Below are positions 11,604 through 24,030 of a DNA stretch of 64,000 nt, in pieces (position 1 is the first letter of the stretch; each line of letters starts with the position of its first letter). The stretch is from Chiloscyllium plagiosum (taxonomy: Eukaryota): contig NC_057752.1 in assembly GCF_004010195.1 (NCBI RefSeq), forward strand, positions 3,217,487 to 3,281,486. The letters run 5' to 3'. Position numbers and translations under genes: made by a program. The notes under the pieces are model-generated. The model ran no database searches and was not told where the DNA came from. It saw nothing but the letters and a program-made list of their open reading frames with translations.

Positions 11604-12424
11604 GGCTTTATTGAATTTTTATTTTGTAACAGCATAAAAAGAACATCCACAGACAAGATATGTTGGTACTTGGTGCCTAGTATAAGGTCACACTGCACAA
11701 AACACTTTCCATTGACTCACATTATGAGTGAAATTGAACAAACATTGCTATTCCTGACTGACTACTTTTGTGATCAAACCACTTCTTATTGACTTCCATC
11801 GTATATCATTCTAACACCCAAACATAATTCCTTCAATTTCCATTGTGTGAAACTCAAGCATTACAAACAAATTTGTTTCACTGCGTGAAGTTAAGATCTG
11901 AAATAATCCTGATACTGGCACAAAACGCTCCAAAATCCTCTCGTTGTTCCTATTCATCACAATGAACCAACACGCTTTAGAAATCTGATGACTTTGTACA
12001 AACAGATGCTTTGTCGGATGCTTTCTATGCACGGCGGCTGCACTGAAACGAATGATTGAATTAGCCGTGCTTGAATGATGAGCAAATTTTTTTTTTATCT
12101 CTGCTCTCGAGAAGCCCCAATTCATTCACAATTCTGATTGAAGCATAACGCTTCTTGGCAAACAAGTTAAAACATTTACCAGGATTAAACCGCACGTGGT
12201 AATCCTGCAGAATGGTGAGGAGGGGAGGGGGGGGCTAATTTGACAGCGAACAAAGCTGAAGTTGAGCAGGATGGCAATATTGATCAGGATTCCCCAAAGT
12301 CACTAGACATCACTTCACGTACAGTCCAGGTGAAAAAAAAAATTGAGGTTAGCATCTTGCCTCACCGTTTTTAACATGGAGTTTACAATGCATGATGACT
12401 CGGTTGAAATAGTTGAATCTACTA

Positions 12425-12685
12425 CAGTAGAACCTTGATTTTCCGAATGAGACAGGCAGGGAGTATTTTGTTTGGATAACTGATCGTTCGGATTACCGGA
12501 AACAAGCGGTAATTTATGAGTTATTATCATCTGAACATTTCGAGCTTATCCGGCAATGCACGCCATAATGCCATTTAACTGATAACTGAATGCTGGGATC
12601 GCCTCATGCCGTTTTTTTTAAAGGGACCTTGTTCGGATAATCTGGAAGTCGGATAATTGATGTTCAGATAATCGAGGTTCTACTG
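12425..12685. mobile_element. Tigger/pogo-type (Tc1-mariner) MITE, 261 bp
   Basis: TIRs CAGTAGAACCTTGATTTTCCGAA / TTCAGATAATCGAGGTTCTACTG flanked by TA on both sides (12423-24, 12686-87). Confidence 0.9.
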
Positions 12686-13106
12686 TATTCAGTTTGCCCA
12701 TGGTCACTCAACGAATCAGAGGGCTTTATTTTGGGCACAGTTGGGAAGAGGCGTCACAGAAGGTTGCTCCACACCACCATCTGGTGGCCACAACCTGTCA
12801 CTACGTCATTACAGGTTCACTCATGTGGGCTCTCTTTGAAATGTTCACAGAGGCAGCTTCAAAATTGGCATAAAAATGTAACTCGAAACAATGATAGTAG
12901 GAAGATAGACATGGAGCGCATGCACCAAGATGATATATATTCCATTTCCTTCTAACCATGAAAGTGTCCAGAGTAGGTTCATCAGTGCGAAGTATCATCA
13001 GAGGTTCTGTTTGGACCACTTCCTTTCCACACTGTTTGAACACATTCCATTGTGAGGAATGTAATGACATGGCGGTCTGTATTATCTAAGAATCTCCCTT
13101 ACGAAA

Positions 13107-13660
13107 CAGGCCACGTTTAGAATACTGTGCTCAGTGTTGGTCTCCCTGCTATAGGATGTTGTGAAACTTGAAAGGGTTCAGAAAAGATTTACAAGGATGT
13201 TGCCAGGGTTGGAGGATTTGAGCTATAGGGAGAGACTGAACAGGCTGGGGCTGTTTTCCCTGGAGCATCGGAGGCTGAGGGGTGACCTTATAGAGGTTTG
13301 TAAAATCATGAGGGGCATGGAAAGGGTAAATAGACAAGGTCTTTTCCCTGGGGTGGGGGAGTCCAGAACTAGAGGGCATAGGTTTATGTTGAGAGGGGAA
13401 AGATTTAAAAGGGACCTGAGGGGCAACCTTTTCACGCAGAGGATGGTGTTTGTATGGAATGAGCTGCCAGAGGAAGTGGTGGAGGCTGGTACAATTGCAA
13501 CATTTAAAAGGCATCTGGATGGGTATATAAATGGGAAGGGTTCAGAAGGACATGGGCCAAGTGCTGGCAAATAGGACTAGATGAGGTTAGGATATCTGGT
13601 CAGCATGAACGCGTTGGACCGAAGGGTCTGTTTCCGTGCCGTACATCTCGATGACTCTAC
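13107..13660 (+). mobile_element. CR1 LINE 3' fragment (ORF2 C-terminus)
   Basis: ORF 13161-13574 [46 protein letters not shown]. Confidence 0.95.
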
Positions 13661-14877
13661 AACAGTGCAAGGTATCCTGTCGCCTGGACTGCAGGAGAAG
13701 GGGCCTGATGGGACTGGTATCCTCAAAGGTGAACAATCAGTCGGGGGGCTCTGCATCTGATCCTGCCTGGCATCTACAACATTAAAATGTAGCTTCCACC
13801 TTCTTTCATTCAGTCTCAAACGTTACACCGGAGCTGCAAGCACACACAGGTGAAAGGTTGTATGAGTGCTGTCCGGCTTTACCACAAACCCAAGTGCATG
13901 TGCTAAAAGACAATGGATGTATTTACTCTCCTGGCAGCAAGGGGGGCTGTGACAGCAGCATTCGTTCTGCAGAGGAGACCAGAGTCCCGGCTGAAAGCTC
14001 AGCACAGCGACCCCGGCTGCAGCAGCGTACAAAAGGGAAAGAGAATAGATACGTGGCACTATGTGCTCATTTAGCAGGAGTAATCGTCCCCTACAATTAT
14101 GGGCAATTTTGTGCTCTGCACTCAGATCCACTGAGTACAAAATTTCGGCTTCCCAGATACATCGTATTTACAGCCTTCACTGCTTGTTAAAGAGAAGGTC
14201 CCTTCAAACAATTTGCTGGCTGGATTTAAACCCAGTTTCTGATAATGACAGGGCTATTACACAGTGGCTGCAAACTAATAGTTCCTGAGAATGAGCTGAG
14301 TTCGGGAGTTTTTGGCATTTTACTTTAGCCAGGCACTGTGTAAGCGACAGCCTCAGCTCCTTTTGTCAACTGATTTTTCTCCGTCCCCTTTCCTGAGTCC
14401 TCTGGCCCGACATGCCGCACATGCCCACTTGGGCTGGCAACTGAGCCAGAGCAAGGGTGCCCTCTTTCACAGCGGATGGCACCCGCTGCTGGGTGGCATC
14501 TCCTTGATATAAAACCCCCTGTCTTGTCAGTTGGAAGTCCACAAAGATATCGTACTGCACAATGCAATGATACCAGAAATGGGCTATTTCATTTTAATGG
14601 CTTTGTTCCCTTGGCACCTGCACCACTTGCGCCGCTGAGGAAGCTGCGCCCTGGTACCACCAATACTTTATCCAGATAGATGTCTCACCAACTGCTCGAC
14701 TCAGCACCCAGCCCAGCGCCTCTCAGTATCGCGGGGAGACATCTCAGGAGCAGAGAGAGAGGGACAGAGGGACACGCACACACTGTCCAAGGGACAGAGA
14801 GCGACAGAAGGAAGCTTGGATTACCGACAGGCGACAGGTCAGGGGAATGGAGGAGTTTGCGAGTCCTGAAGGCCAAT

Positions 14878-15350
14878 CCCAGAGCAGTGTCTGGGCAGGG
14901 GAAGCAGTCCCAGAGCAGTGACTGGGCTGGGGAAGCAGTCCCAGAGCAGTGACTGGCATTGGGGAAGCAGTCCCTGAGCAGTGACTGGGCAGGGGAAGCA
15001 GTCCCAGAGCAGTGACTGAGCAGGGAAAGCAGTCCCAGAGCAGTGACTGGGCATTGGGGAAGCAGTCCCTGAGCAGTGACTGAGCAGGGGAAGCAGTCCC
15101 TGAGCAGTGACTGGGCAGGGGAAGCAGTCCCAGAGCAGTGACTGGGCAGGGGAAGCAATCCCAGAGCAGTGACTGGGCAGTGGAAGCAGTCCCAGAGCAG
15201 TGACTGGGCAGTGGAAGCAGTCCCAGAGCAGTGACTAGGCTGGGGAAGCAGTCCCCGGTTAGTGACTGGCATTGGGGAAGCAGTCCCTGGGTAGTGACTG
15301 GCATTGGGGAAGCAGTCCCCGGTTAGTGACTGGCACTGGGAAACAGTTCC
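14878..15350. repeat. 31-33 bp minisatellite (CAGAGCAGTGACTGGGCAGGGGAAGCAGTCC)n, about 15 units
   Basis: Direct tandem repetition; explains the repetitive ORFs at 14685-15512. Confidence 0.95.
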
Positions 15351-16674
15351 AGGCTGGTGCTGGTGCAGGGAGTGAGTCTCAGGTGGAGGCCAGTTGGGGA
15401 ATCCCGCTCGGAATAAACTTACCCTCAGACCCAGCACGTTGCGGACTGGAAGCTTAGAGCAGAGCAGTCGTTGGACTGTGGCCTGGTGGTCCGCGTGTGG
15501 TAGCCCCTGCACTCAGCTCTTGCAATGGAATGTTTATTTGAATTTTTTTTATCTGACTATTATGTCAATCCTTTTACTCTGTCTTATTTCTGACTTTTTC
15601 TTTCAACAATGGAAAATGCAACTGCTTGTCTTTGTTATTCCTCTTTTGTATCTAAGATATGTACCTCGGTACTTGTACCTAAGATGGCACCAGAAGAGGC
15701 AACTTTGTAAAACTTGTCACCATACTCCTGTACTTGAGTACACCTGGCAGTAAAGGATACTCTGTATTCCAGTAGGTATGAGTTGGGTGAGGACATCATT
15801 CTTTGGCTGTAAAATTGTCACTGCCTTCACTTGTTCCCAGAACCAAATGCAGCTTATTTTGTTGTCTTCTCATTGACTTTCCTGTCGCTCAACAAACATT
15901 CATGTTATCAAGTGCCTGAAGGATTTCCAGCCTGTGCAATGCTCCCAGATTGAACAATGACAGGACATTATGCTACACCGAGCGTGAGGGGAAAACAGGG
16001 TCCTCAGATAACATGGCAAGATTCTTACCATTGCTGTTATATTTGATTTGATTCGAGTTATTGTTGTCATATGTGCCACGTACAGTTGCTTTGAGAGCAG
16101 TACAGGCAGGTCATAGCAAACAAGGACATACAGATCACAGGGTGCTTTGACAGAGCGAGGTAATAACAATAGATCAGACTGGTGATGACGTAAAGTTGCA
16201 ACACATTTATGAAGGTGAGCTTCTGATTCTAAAGTGTAGTTACCTGTACCACCAATGCGCCCTCAGGACTGAAACCTTCCATGAAACCCCCCGAAATTGA
16301 CTCTTTGTCACCTCTTCCCAAAACATTTGTATCTCTCTCAAGGAGGCTATTCAATCTAAAACATATCCATTGTCCTGCAATGGTTTCAGATCTCGCCCAC
16401 CAACCTTATCCTTCTCGATATTTTCACCATCCCCTTCTTCTCTCTCCCCTTCTTTTGGTTCTTATCACTGTCCGAATGCTGAAGAGTCTGGTTTCTCTGA
16501 TAACGTAAATTCGCTGCGACCCTCATAATAATTTTAATAAGTGCCAAGTGATGTTTTGCAACATTACAGCCGACGCTGCACTTTGAGAAGTCTTCAGACT
16601 GCAGAGGGCACTAACTGAATGCGAGGTTTCACTTCCCTTTTAGATATTTCTAACAAAGCTACTCAGAGAATCTC

Positions 16675-16892
16675 TGATGTAGAGGGGCTGGTGTTGGACT
16701 GGGGATGGGCAAAGAGGTAAAAACAATGACTGCAGATGCTGGAAACCAGATTCTGGATCAGTGGTGCTGGAAGAGCACAGCAATTCAGGCAGCATCTCCT
16801 CGGATGGGGCTGGGCAAAGTCAGAAGTCACATGACGACAGCTTCCAGTCCAATGGGTTTATTTGAAAACACAGGCTTGCGGAGTGCTGTCAG
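16675..16892 (-). mobile_element. Nested Penelope terminal fragments
   Basis: GTGTTGGACTGGGG..GGGCAAAG split by CTGCAGATGCTGGAAACCAGA..GTGCTGGAAGAGCACAGCA; the GGGG.TGGGCAAAG junction is duplicated. Confidence 0.6.
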
Positions 16893-17087
16893 ACTATAAC
16901 CTGGGAATCTATGACACATCTCTGGAGCAGGTGGGATTTGAACTTGGCTCTCCTAGTCCAGAGGCAGGTACACTACCACGGCAACACAAGAACTTGCTCA
17001 ATGTCCTCGTGTACAACAACTCCTCAGTTTCAAATATGTTGGATGTACTGTGAAGTGCAATCTTTGTATGCAGGATAATGATTTTTT

Positions 17088-17381
17088 TAGATTAGATTTC
17101 CAACAGTGTGGAAACAGGCCCTTCGGCCCAACAAGTCCACACAAACCCTCCGCAGAGTAACCCACCCAAACCCATTTACCCCTGACTAATGCACCTAACA
17201 CTATGGGCGACTTAGCATGGCCAATTCACCTGGCCTGCACATCGTTAGATTGTGGGAGGAAACCGGAGTGAACCCACACAGACACTGGGAGAATGTGCAA
17301 ACTCCACACAGACTGAGGCTGGAATTGAACCTGGGACCCTGGTGCTGTGAGGCAGCAGTGCTAACCACTGAGCCACCGTGG
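17088..17381 (-). mobile_element. HE1-like SINE
   Basis: Reverse complement of A-box (CCACTGAGCCA) and B-box, (TCTAA)n tail. Confidence 0.9.
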
Positions 17382-18029
17382 CTAGTTTAGGATGCTAACT
17401 GCTCTTTACTCACCTTCAACTTGGACACTAGCTCGATTTCCTCTCCCTGAAGATTTTTTTTTAAAAATAACAAAATTCCTTTGAAACCAGGGCGTTTCAA
17501 AATCAATTCTCCGTTAAGTTTCTGAATAATCAGTGTGCCGCTAATGTCGCGTTCCTGCGGTTATTAAATTTTAATGAGGTTTAGAGGTTGAATTTTAAGG
17601 ACTAATAAACGCTTTCGGCCTGGCCACAGCACAGCGGCAGTGTCCCTACCCCTAGATTGGGAGGGTTGGGTCCAAGCCCCACTTGCTGCAGAGGTGTGCA
17701 ACAACATCTCTGAATAGGTTGATTCGAAAAAACGTTTTCTTCCTGCCCTGGTTATTTCATACATGTAGAAAAGGCCCAATAAAATGAACGGAACAAGAAC
17801 ATTCTGAACCCAAAATCCACGCGATTGAAATTTCAGCACCAACCCAAAACCACAATCCATGTGCATCGCAGTAATATGTCATGCAATATTGTTTTCCCAA
17901 GGCCTCTGTTTAATCTCATGACTGTGGGTTTCTCTGCTAAATTTTGGGATCCCATTTTCCTCTGATAATCTGGTTCTGGCTGAGAAAATCAGTTTTGTAG
18001 TTCCTGCCTGAGTCTGTGCTCTTTTATGC

Positions 18030-18795
18030 AGTCATAGAGTTAGAGTCATAGAGATGTTCAGCACGGAAACAGACCCTTCGGTCCAACCCATCCATGCCGA
18101 CCAGATATCCTAACCCAATCTAGTCCCACCTGCCAGCACCCGGCCCATATCCCTCCAAACCCTTCCTATTCGTACACCCAACCAAATTCCTTTTCAATGT
18201 TGTAATTGTACCAGCCTCCACCATTTCCTCTGGCAGCTCATTCCATACACGTACCACCCTCTGTGTGAACTTGTTGCCCCTTAGGTCTCTTTTATATCTT
18301 TCTCCTCTCACCCTAAACCTATGCCCTCTAGTTCTGGACTCCCCAATCCCAGGGAATAGACTTTGTCTATTTACCCTATCCATGCCACTCATAATTTTGT
18401 AAACCTCTATAAGGTCACCCCTCAGCCTCCAAGTTGTACAGATCCTTTGGTCCAACTTGTCCATGCTGACCAGATATCCTAAAAAAACTAGTCCCATTTG
18501 CCAGCATGTCTGTTCAAACTTTCCTATCAATGCACCCATCCAGATGCCTTTTAAATGTTGCAATTGTACCAGCCTCCATCACTTCCTCTTGCAGCTCATT
18601 CCATCCACCCGCTGCATGAAAAAGTTGCCCCTCAGGTCCCTTTCCCCTCTCACCTTAAACCCAAGCCTGCTGGTTTTGGACTCTCCTACCTTCATAGTTT
18701 TATAAATCTCTATAAGGTCACCCCTCAGCCTCCGATGCTCCAGGGAAAACAGCCCCAGCCCATTCAGCCTCTCCCTGTAGCTCAAACCCTCCAAA
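18030..18795 (-). mobile_element. Two tandem CR1 3' fragments
   Basis: ORFs 18120-18563 and 18579-18827 carry RLRGDLIEVYK / WNELPEE motifs. Confidence 0.9.
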
Positions 18796-18884
18796 GGCAG
18801 TAAGTGGACAATAGGTTTCTTAAACAAAATACAGATTCTATGTGGCTATATATTGTGGTTGGTGGCACTTCCATAGTAAGTGGG

Positions 18885-19132
18885 AGAACAAAGAACCTTA
18901 CAGCACAGGAACAGGCCCTTCGGCCCTCCAAGCCTGTGCAGATCCAGATCCTCTATCTAAACCTGTCGCCTATTTTCTAAGGGTCTGTATCCTTCTGCTC
19001 CCTGCCCATTCATGTATCAGTCTAGGTACGTCTTAAATGATGCTATCGTGCCCGCCTCTACCACCTCCGCTGGCAACGTGTTCCAGGTACCCACCACCCT
19101 CTGCAGAAAGAGCTTTCCATGCATATCTCCCC
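18885..19132 (-). mobile_element. CR1 3' UTR fragment (third subfamily)
   Basis: GAACCTTACAGCACAGGAACAGGCCCTTCGGCCC..GCCTCTACCACCTCCGCTGGCAAC. Confidence 0.75.
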
Positions 19133-19191
19133 CAGTCTGTCTTACTCTCATTTCATCTGTTCTTGAACACACAAGGGGCAGATTTCTCTCC

Positions 19192-19449
19192 AAAGTTTGT
19201 GAGAAGATTTGTAGCTCAGATGCTCGTTGTTGTGGTTCTGTTCACCGAGCTGGGAAATGGTGTTGCAGACGTTTCGTCCCCTGGCTAGGTGACATCCTCA
19301 GTGCTTGGGAGCCTCCTGTGAAACTATAAATGCCGGAGGAAACATCACAGAAGCGCTTCACAGGAGGTTCCCAAGCACTGAGGATGTCACCTAGACAGGG
19401 GACGAAATGTCTGCAACACAAATTCCCAGTTCGGCGAACAGAACCAAAA
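19192..19449. mobile_element. Penelope-like hairpin insertion with hammerhead motifs in both arms, 13-bp TSD
   Basis: TSD CAGATTTCTCTCC (19179-19191 / 19450-19462); ~95-bp inverted arms. Confidence 0.85.
19265..19304 (-). ncRNA. Minimal type I hammerhead ribozyme motif
   Basis: GCA-CUGAGGA-U-GUCACCU(AGCC)AGGGGAC-GAAA-CGUC-UGC: intact core, stem II, GCA/UGC stem I, palindromic ACGU in place of stem III. Confidence 0.7.
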
Positions 19450-19499
19450 CAGATTTCTCTCCTTCACAATTGCTGGTCAACCCTTGTGTGAAACCCTTC

Positions 19500-20085
19500 A
19501 ACGTGCACATTCTCCCTGCGCCTGCGTGGGTCTGCTCCAGTTTCCTCCCACAATCCAAAGATGTGCAGGTTAGGGTGAATTGGCCATGCTAACCCCTCCC
19601 ACCTCCCCCCCCCTCCCTCCCCCGCGCCCCCAGTCTTAGGTGCATTAGTCAGAGGGAAATGGGTCTGGGTGGGTTACTCTTCGGAGGGTCGGTGTGGAGT
19701 TGTTGGGCCGAAGGGCCTGTTTCCACACTGTAGGGGAATGTAATCTAAATGCACCAGATCACCACCAGCTTTCAATTAGGGGCAGCACAGTGGCTCAGTG
19801 GTTAGCACTGTTGCCTCTCAACGCCAGGAACATGGGTTCGATTCCCACCTCGGGCCACTGTCTGTGTGAGGTTTGTATGTTCTCTGCGTGGGTTTCCTCC
19901 GGGCGCTCCAGTTTCCTCCCACAGTCCAAAAGATGTGCAGGCCAGGTGAATTGGCCATGCTAAATTGCCGATAACGCCAGGTTCATTAGTCAGGGGTAAA
20001 TGTAGGAGGGTGGGTTTCTTTTCAGAGGGTTGGTGTGGACTGGTCGGGCTGAATGGCATATTTCCACACTGTAGGGAATCTAATC
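19500..20085 (+). mobile_element. Two HE1-like SINEs (5'-truncated 19500-19748; full 19779-20085)
   Basis: A/B boxes TGGCTCAGTGG / GGTTCGATTCC in the second copy; AATCTAA tails. Confidence 0.9.
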
Positions 20086-20131
20086 AAACACATGTGAATG
20101 TGAACCTAGAATTGCAAGTGTTTTGAGGCAA

Positions 20132-20600
20132 AGAGTCATGGAAACAGACCCTTCGGCCCAACCAGTCCATGCTGACCATAATCCCCAAACTAAACTAGTC
20201 CCAGCTGCCTGCTCCTGGCCCATGTCTCTCCAAACCTTTCCTGTTCACGTCCTTATCTAAGCATCTTTTAAATGTTGTAGTTGTACCCATGTATACCACT
20301 TCCTGAGGAAGCTCAGTCCACACTGTGTAAACAAAATGCCTCTTATGTCTTTTCTTAATCTGTCTCCTCTCCCCTAGTCTTGAAATCCTCCACCCTAGGG
20401 AAAAGACAGCTGCCTATCGATACCCCTCGTGATTTTATCAACCTCTGTAAAGTCACCTCTCAACCTCCTACGCTCCAGTGAAAAAGGTCCCAGCCTCTTC
20501 TTATAACTTCCAGACCCGGCAACATCCTGGGAAATCTCTTCTGAACCCTCCCCAGCTGAATAATATCCTTCCTATAACAGAACTGGACACAATACCCCAA
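20132..20600 (-). mobile_element. Degenerate CR1 3' fragment
   Basis: Reverse complement of the CR1 3' UTR and ORF2 end; similar to 52138-52580. Confidence 0.8.
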
Positions 20601-21349
20601 AAGCGCATCTCAGACCGTGTGGAAAGAAATGGAACTGTTGCCAAATTCGAGTCATGTCAGGCACCTTTACAAGTTTCGTGAACAAAGTCTAATTCGTTCT
20701 GACAAAACTGGAGTGGGGTGAGCTGAAGGAGGTGGACACTGGTGATAGGAGGAGGAACAAAACCAGACAAATTTGTTCAAATGATGTCAAGGTGGATTGT
20801 TGGAAGGACACAAGGCACGGTGATAAAAAGGGGAGTTTTTTATTTCCCCTTTTGGTTTCATTTAGAAAACACAGTAATCTGCACTAGCCAGCTGACAGTC
20901 TATACGTAAATAAAGATAAATTAACACCTTCTCTCCAGTGATGGCTTTGCAAACAGTTGTGATGCCCTTGAGAGATTAGTGAGTTTTGTCAATCCAATGC
21001 ATACGTCAGTGGTGGTGAAAACCATTCCCAGCCCAGCCTGAACACGATGGGACTGTAACTCTTTCTTAGTTCTGTGAAGTCAATTCTTTTCATTTGCTTT
21101 CTCATGGCCAATTTCGGAATTTTTCACCATCCCTTGTCTCAGAGCTGCAATTTGCTTCGAATGAAAAGTAACAGATTGCCGGAAGAGAGATAGTGTGGAG
21201 AGAAATATATGGGCTCTTGCGGTAGTGTCCCTACCTCTATGCAAGGAGATCCAGGTCAAGTCCCACCTGGCCCAGTGCTGTGTCACACAGTCTATCCCAG
21301 GTGAATGAAAAAAATAAGGATATAGTAACAGAATGCCCCATTCATTCAC

Positions 21350-21965
21350 AGTGGCACAGTGGTTAGCACTGCTGCCTCACAGCGCCAGAGACCCGGGTTC
21401 GATTCCAGCCTCGGGTGACTGACTGTGTGGAGTTTGCACGTTCTCCCCGTGTCTGCGTGGGTTTCCTCCAGGTGCTCCGGTTTCCTCCCACAATCCAAAG
21501 ATGTGCAGGTGAGAGTGGATTGGCCAAGTTAAATTGTCCAGGGATGTGCTAGGTAGGTTATGGGGATGGAATGGGGGTGGGCAGGTGAGTTGGATGAGAT
21601 GCATTGACCATGCTAAATTACCTGTAGTGTCCAGGGATGCAAGGCTAGGTAGGTTACAGGCTACAGGGATGGAGTGGGGTGGGTAGGTGAGTTGGATGAG
21701 ATGGATTGACCATGCTAAATTGCCTGCAGTATCCAGAGATGTGCAGGCTTGGTAGGTCAGCCATGGGAAATGTGGGGTTATAGAGATGGTGTGGGTCCGT
21801 TGGATTAGAGGGATTGGACATGCTAAATTACTCCATCGTGTGCAGGGGAGTAACCATGGGAAATGTGGGGTCACATGTGGAGGGTGGTCTGGGTGGTATG
21901 CTCTTTGGAGGGTCAGTACAGACGTGATGGGCTGAATAGCCCCGATCTACAATGTGGGGATTCTA
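21350..21965 (+). mobile_element. HE1-like SINE with internally amplified GT-rich module
   Basis: A/B boxes; module ATTGACCATGCTAAATT..CCAGGGATG..GGTAGGT repeated about 4 times. Confidence 0.88.
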
Positions 21966-22064
21966 CACTGTGTGAGTCTGACTGTGTCGAGATCCCCATT
22001 ATACCTCAGTGATTAGCCCTGCTGAATTTCAGAGCTCCATTCTACTGACAGCCATAGCAGGAGA

Positions 22065-22505
22065 TATAGGGAGAGGCTGAACAGGCTGGGGCTGTTTTCC
22101 CTGGAGCGTCGGAGGCTGAGGGGTGACCTTATAGAGGTTTATAAAATCACGAGGGGCGTGGATAGGGTAAATAGACAAAATCTTTTCCCTGGGGTGGGGG
22201 AGTCCAGAACTTGAGGGCATAGGTTTATGTTGAGAGGGGAAAGATATAAAAGGGACCTAAGGGGCAACTTTTTCATGCAGAGGGTGGTATGTGTATGGAA
22301 TGAGCTGCCAGAGGAAGTGGTGGAGGCTGATACAATGACAACGTTTAAAAGGCATCTGGATGGGTATATGAATAGGAAGGGTTTGGAGGGATATAGGCCA
22401 AGTGCTGGCAGGTGGGACTAGATTAGGTTGGGATATCTGGTCAGCATGGACGGGTTGGACCGAAGAGTCTGCTTCTGTGCTGTACATCTCTATGACGCTA
22501 TGATT
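22065..22505 (+). mobile_element. CR1 LINE 3' fragment
   Basis: RYKRDLRGNFFMQRVVCVWNELPEEVVEA. Confidence 0.93.
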
Positions 22506-23149
22506 ACAGATCACTCAATGTCCTCACAACCAGCTTAGCTGCGAGATTTCCATCGCAAATTCAAAATAAAACAATAGCGATGAGGAGATAGTGAGGCAAT
22601 GTGCACAGTCCCTTCACCACTGTGTCTTCAGGCAAGATAAATAAGAGGGGTTGTGCTGCTTTTGAGGTTATTTAGCGCGTGACAGAGTCATCATTTACCC
22701 TCACTGGCAAACGGCTTCCATCGAGAAGCAAATGACTTCTCTTTTTAGCTGAAAATAAATCTGTGTGAAAGGACGAAAGGTTCTTCGCTCGATCTTGCAG
22801 TTTAATGCACCCTTGTCAATTCTTCCCCAAGGTCTCAGGTCACATGCTCAAAAAAGAAAGTTTTCACAAAAACCTCCTGGGAAAACCGAGCATCAGTATC
22901 TCACGGGTCAAAGACATTGCTTTTAAAATATCAAACGTTTAGGACTATTTACAGCCGAGATGGATAAGGCATCAAATGGATGTCAGTGCATCCCACTACG
23001 AGGAGGATTTGCTGCAGGCTCTGCTGTTACTAGCTTGCAGTTTTCAGCTCTTTGCATTTACAAAGCTTTCCCAGAGCCCTGAATCAATATTCAGCCTTTA
23101 TCGCCAACATCTTGCAGTATCAGTTTCAGGCAATTCTTTCTGTGTGGCA

Positions 23150-24030
23150 CCTCCTCCTCCAGCCCCCTACACCCTCTCCCTATCTCTGTCACTTCCTCCT
23201 CCAGCCCCCTACACCCTCTCCCTATCTCTGTCACCTCCTCCTCCAGCCCCCTACAGGCCCTCCCTATCTCTGTNNNNNNNNNNNNNNNNNNNNNNNNNNN
23301 NNNNNNNNNNNNNNNNNNNNNNNNNNNNNNNNNNNNNNNNNNNNNNNNNNNNNNNNNNNNNNNNNNNNNNNNNNNNNNNNNNNNNNNNNNNNNNNNNNNN
23401 NNNNNNNNNNNNNNNNNNNNNNNNNNNNNNNNNNNNNNNNNNNNNNNNNNNNNNNNNNNNNNNNNNNNNNNNNNNNNNNNNNNNNNNNNNNNNNNNNNNN
23501 NNNNNNNNNNNNNNNNNNNNNNNNNNNNNNNNNNNNNNNNNNNNNNNNNNNNNNNNNNNNNNNNNNNNNNNNNNNNNNNNNNNNNNNNNNNNNNNNNNNN
23601 NNNNNNNNNNNNNNNNNNNNNNNNNNNNNNNNNNNNNNNNNNNNNNNNNNNNNNNNNNNNNNNNNNNNNNNNNNNNNNNNNNNNNNNNNNNNNNNNNNNN
23701 NNNNNNNNNNNNNNNNNNNNNNNNNNNNNNNNNNNNNNNNNNNNNNNNNNNNNNNNNNNNNNNNNNNNNNNNNNNNNNNNNNNNNNNNNNNNNNNNNNNN
23801 NNNNNNNNNNNNNNNNNNNNNNNNNNNNNNNNNNNNNNNNNNNNNNNNNNNNNNNNNNNNNNNNNNNNNNNNNNNNNNNNNNNNNNNNNNNNNNNNNNNN
23901 NNNNNNNNNNNGTCCCTACATCCCTCCCTATCTCCGTCACCTCCCTCAGCCCCTACATCCCTCCCTATCTCTGTCACCTCCTGCAGCCCCCACATCCCTC
24001 CCTATCTCTGCCAACTCCTCCAGCCCCTCC
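23150..24030. repeat. C-rich ~38-43 bp minisatellite spanning an N gap (23274-23911)
   Basis: CCTCCTCCAGCCCCCTACACCCTCTCCCTATCTCTGTCA-type units on both sides of 638 Ns. Confidence 0.9.

Noticed and set aside
12068..12145. C/D-box snoRNA candidate (ATGATGA 12075 ... CTGA 12134, TGCTT/AAGCA stem)
   Set aside because: Contains a long poly-T run, no recognisable rRNA/snRNA antisense element or C'/D' boxes; likely chance
14685..15512. 275-aa Cys/Ser-rich ORF
   Set aside because: Translation of the 31-bp minisatellite; the same peptide appears in several frames
16240..16500. Minus-strand exon ending CAG|GTAAC
   Set aside because: Sequence resembles a decayed L2 3' region and lacks a convincing acceptor
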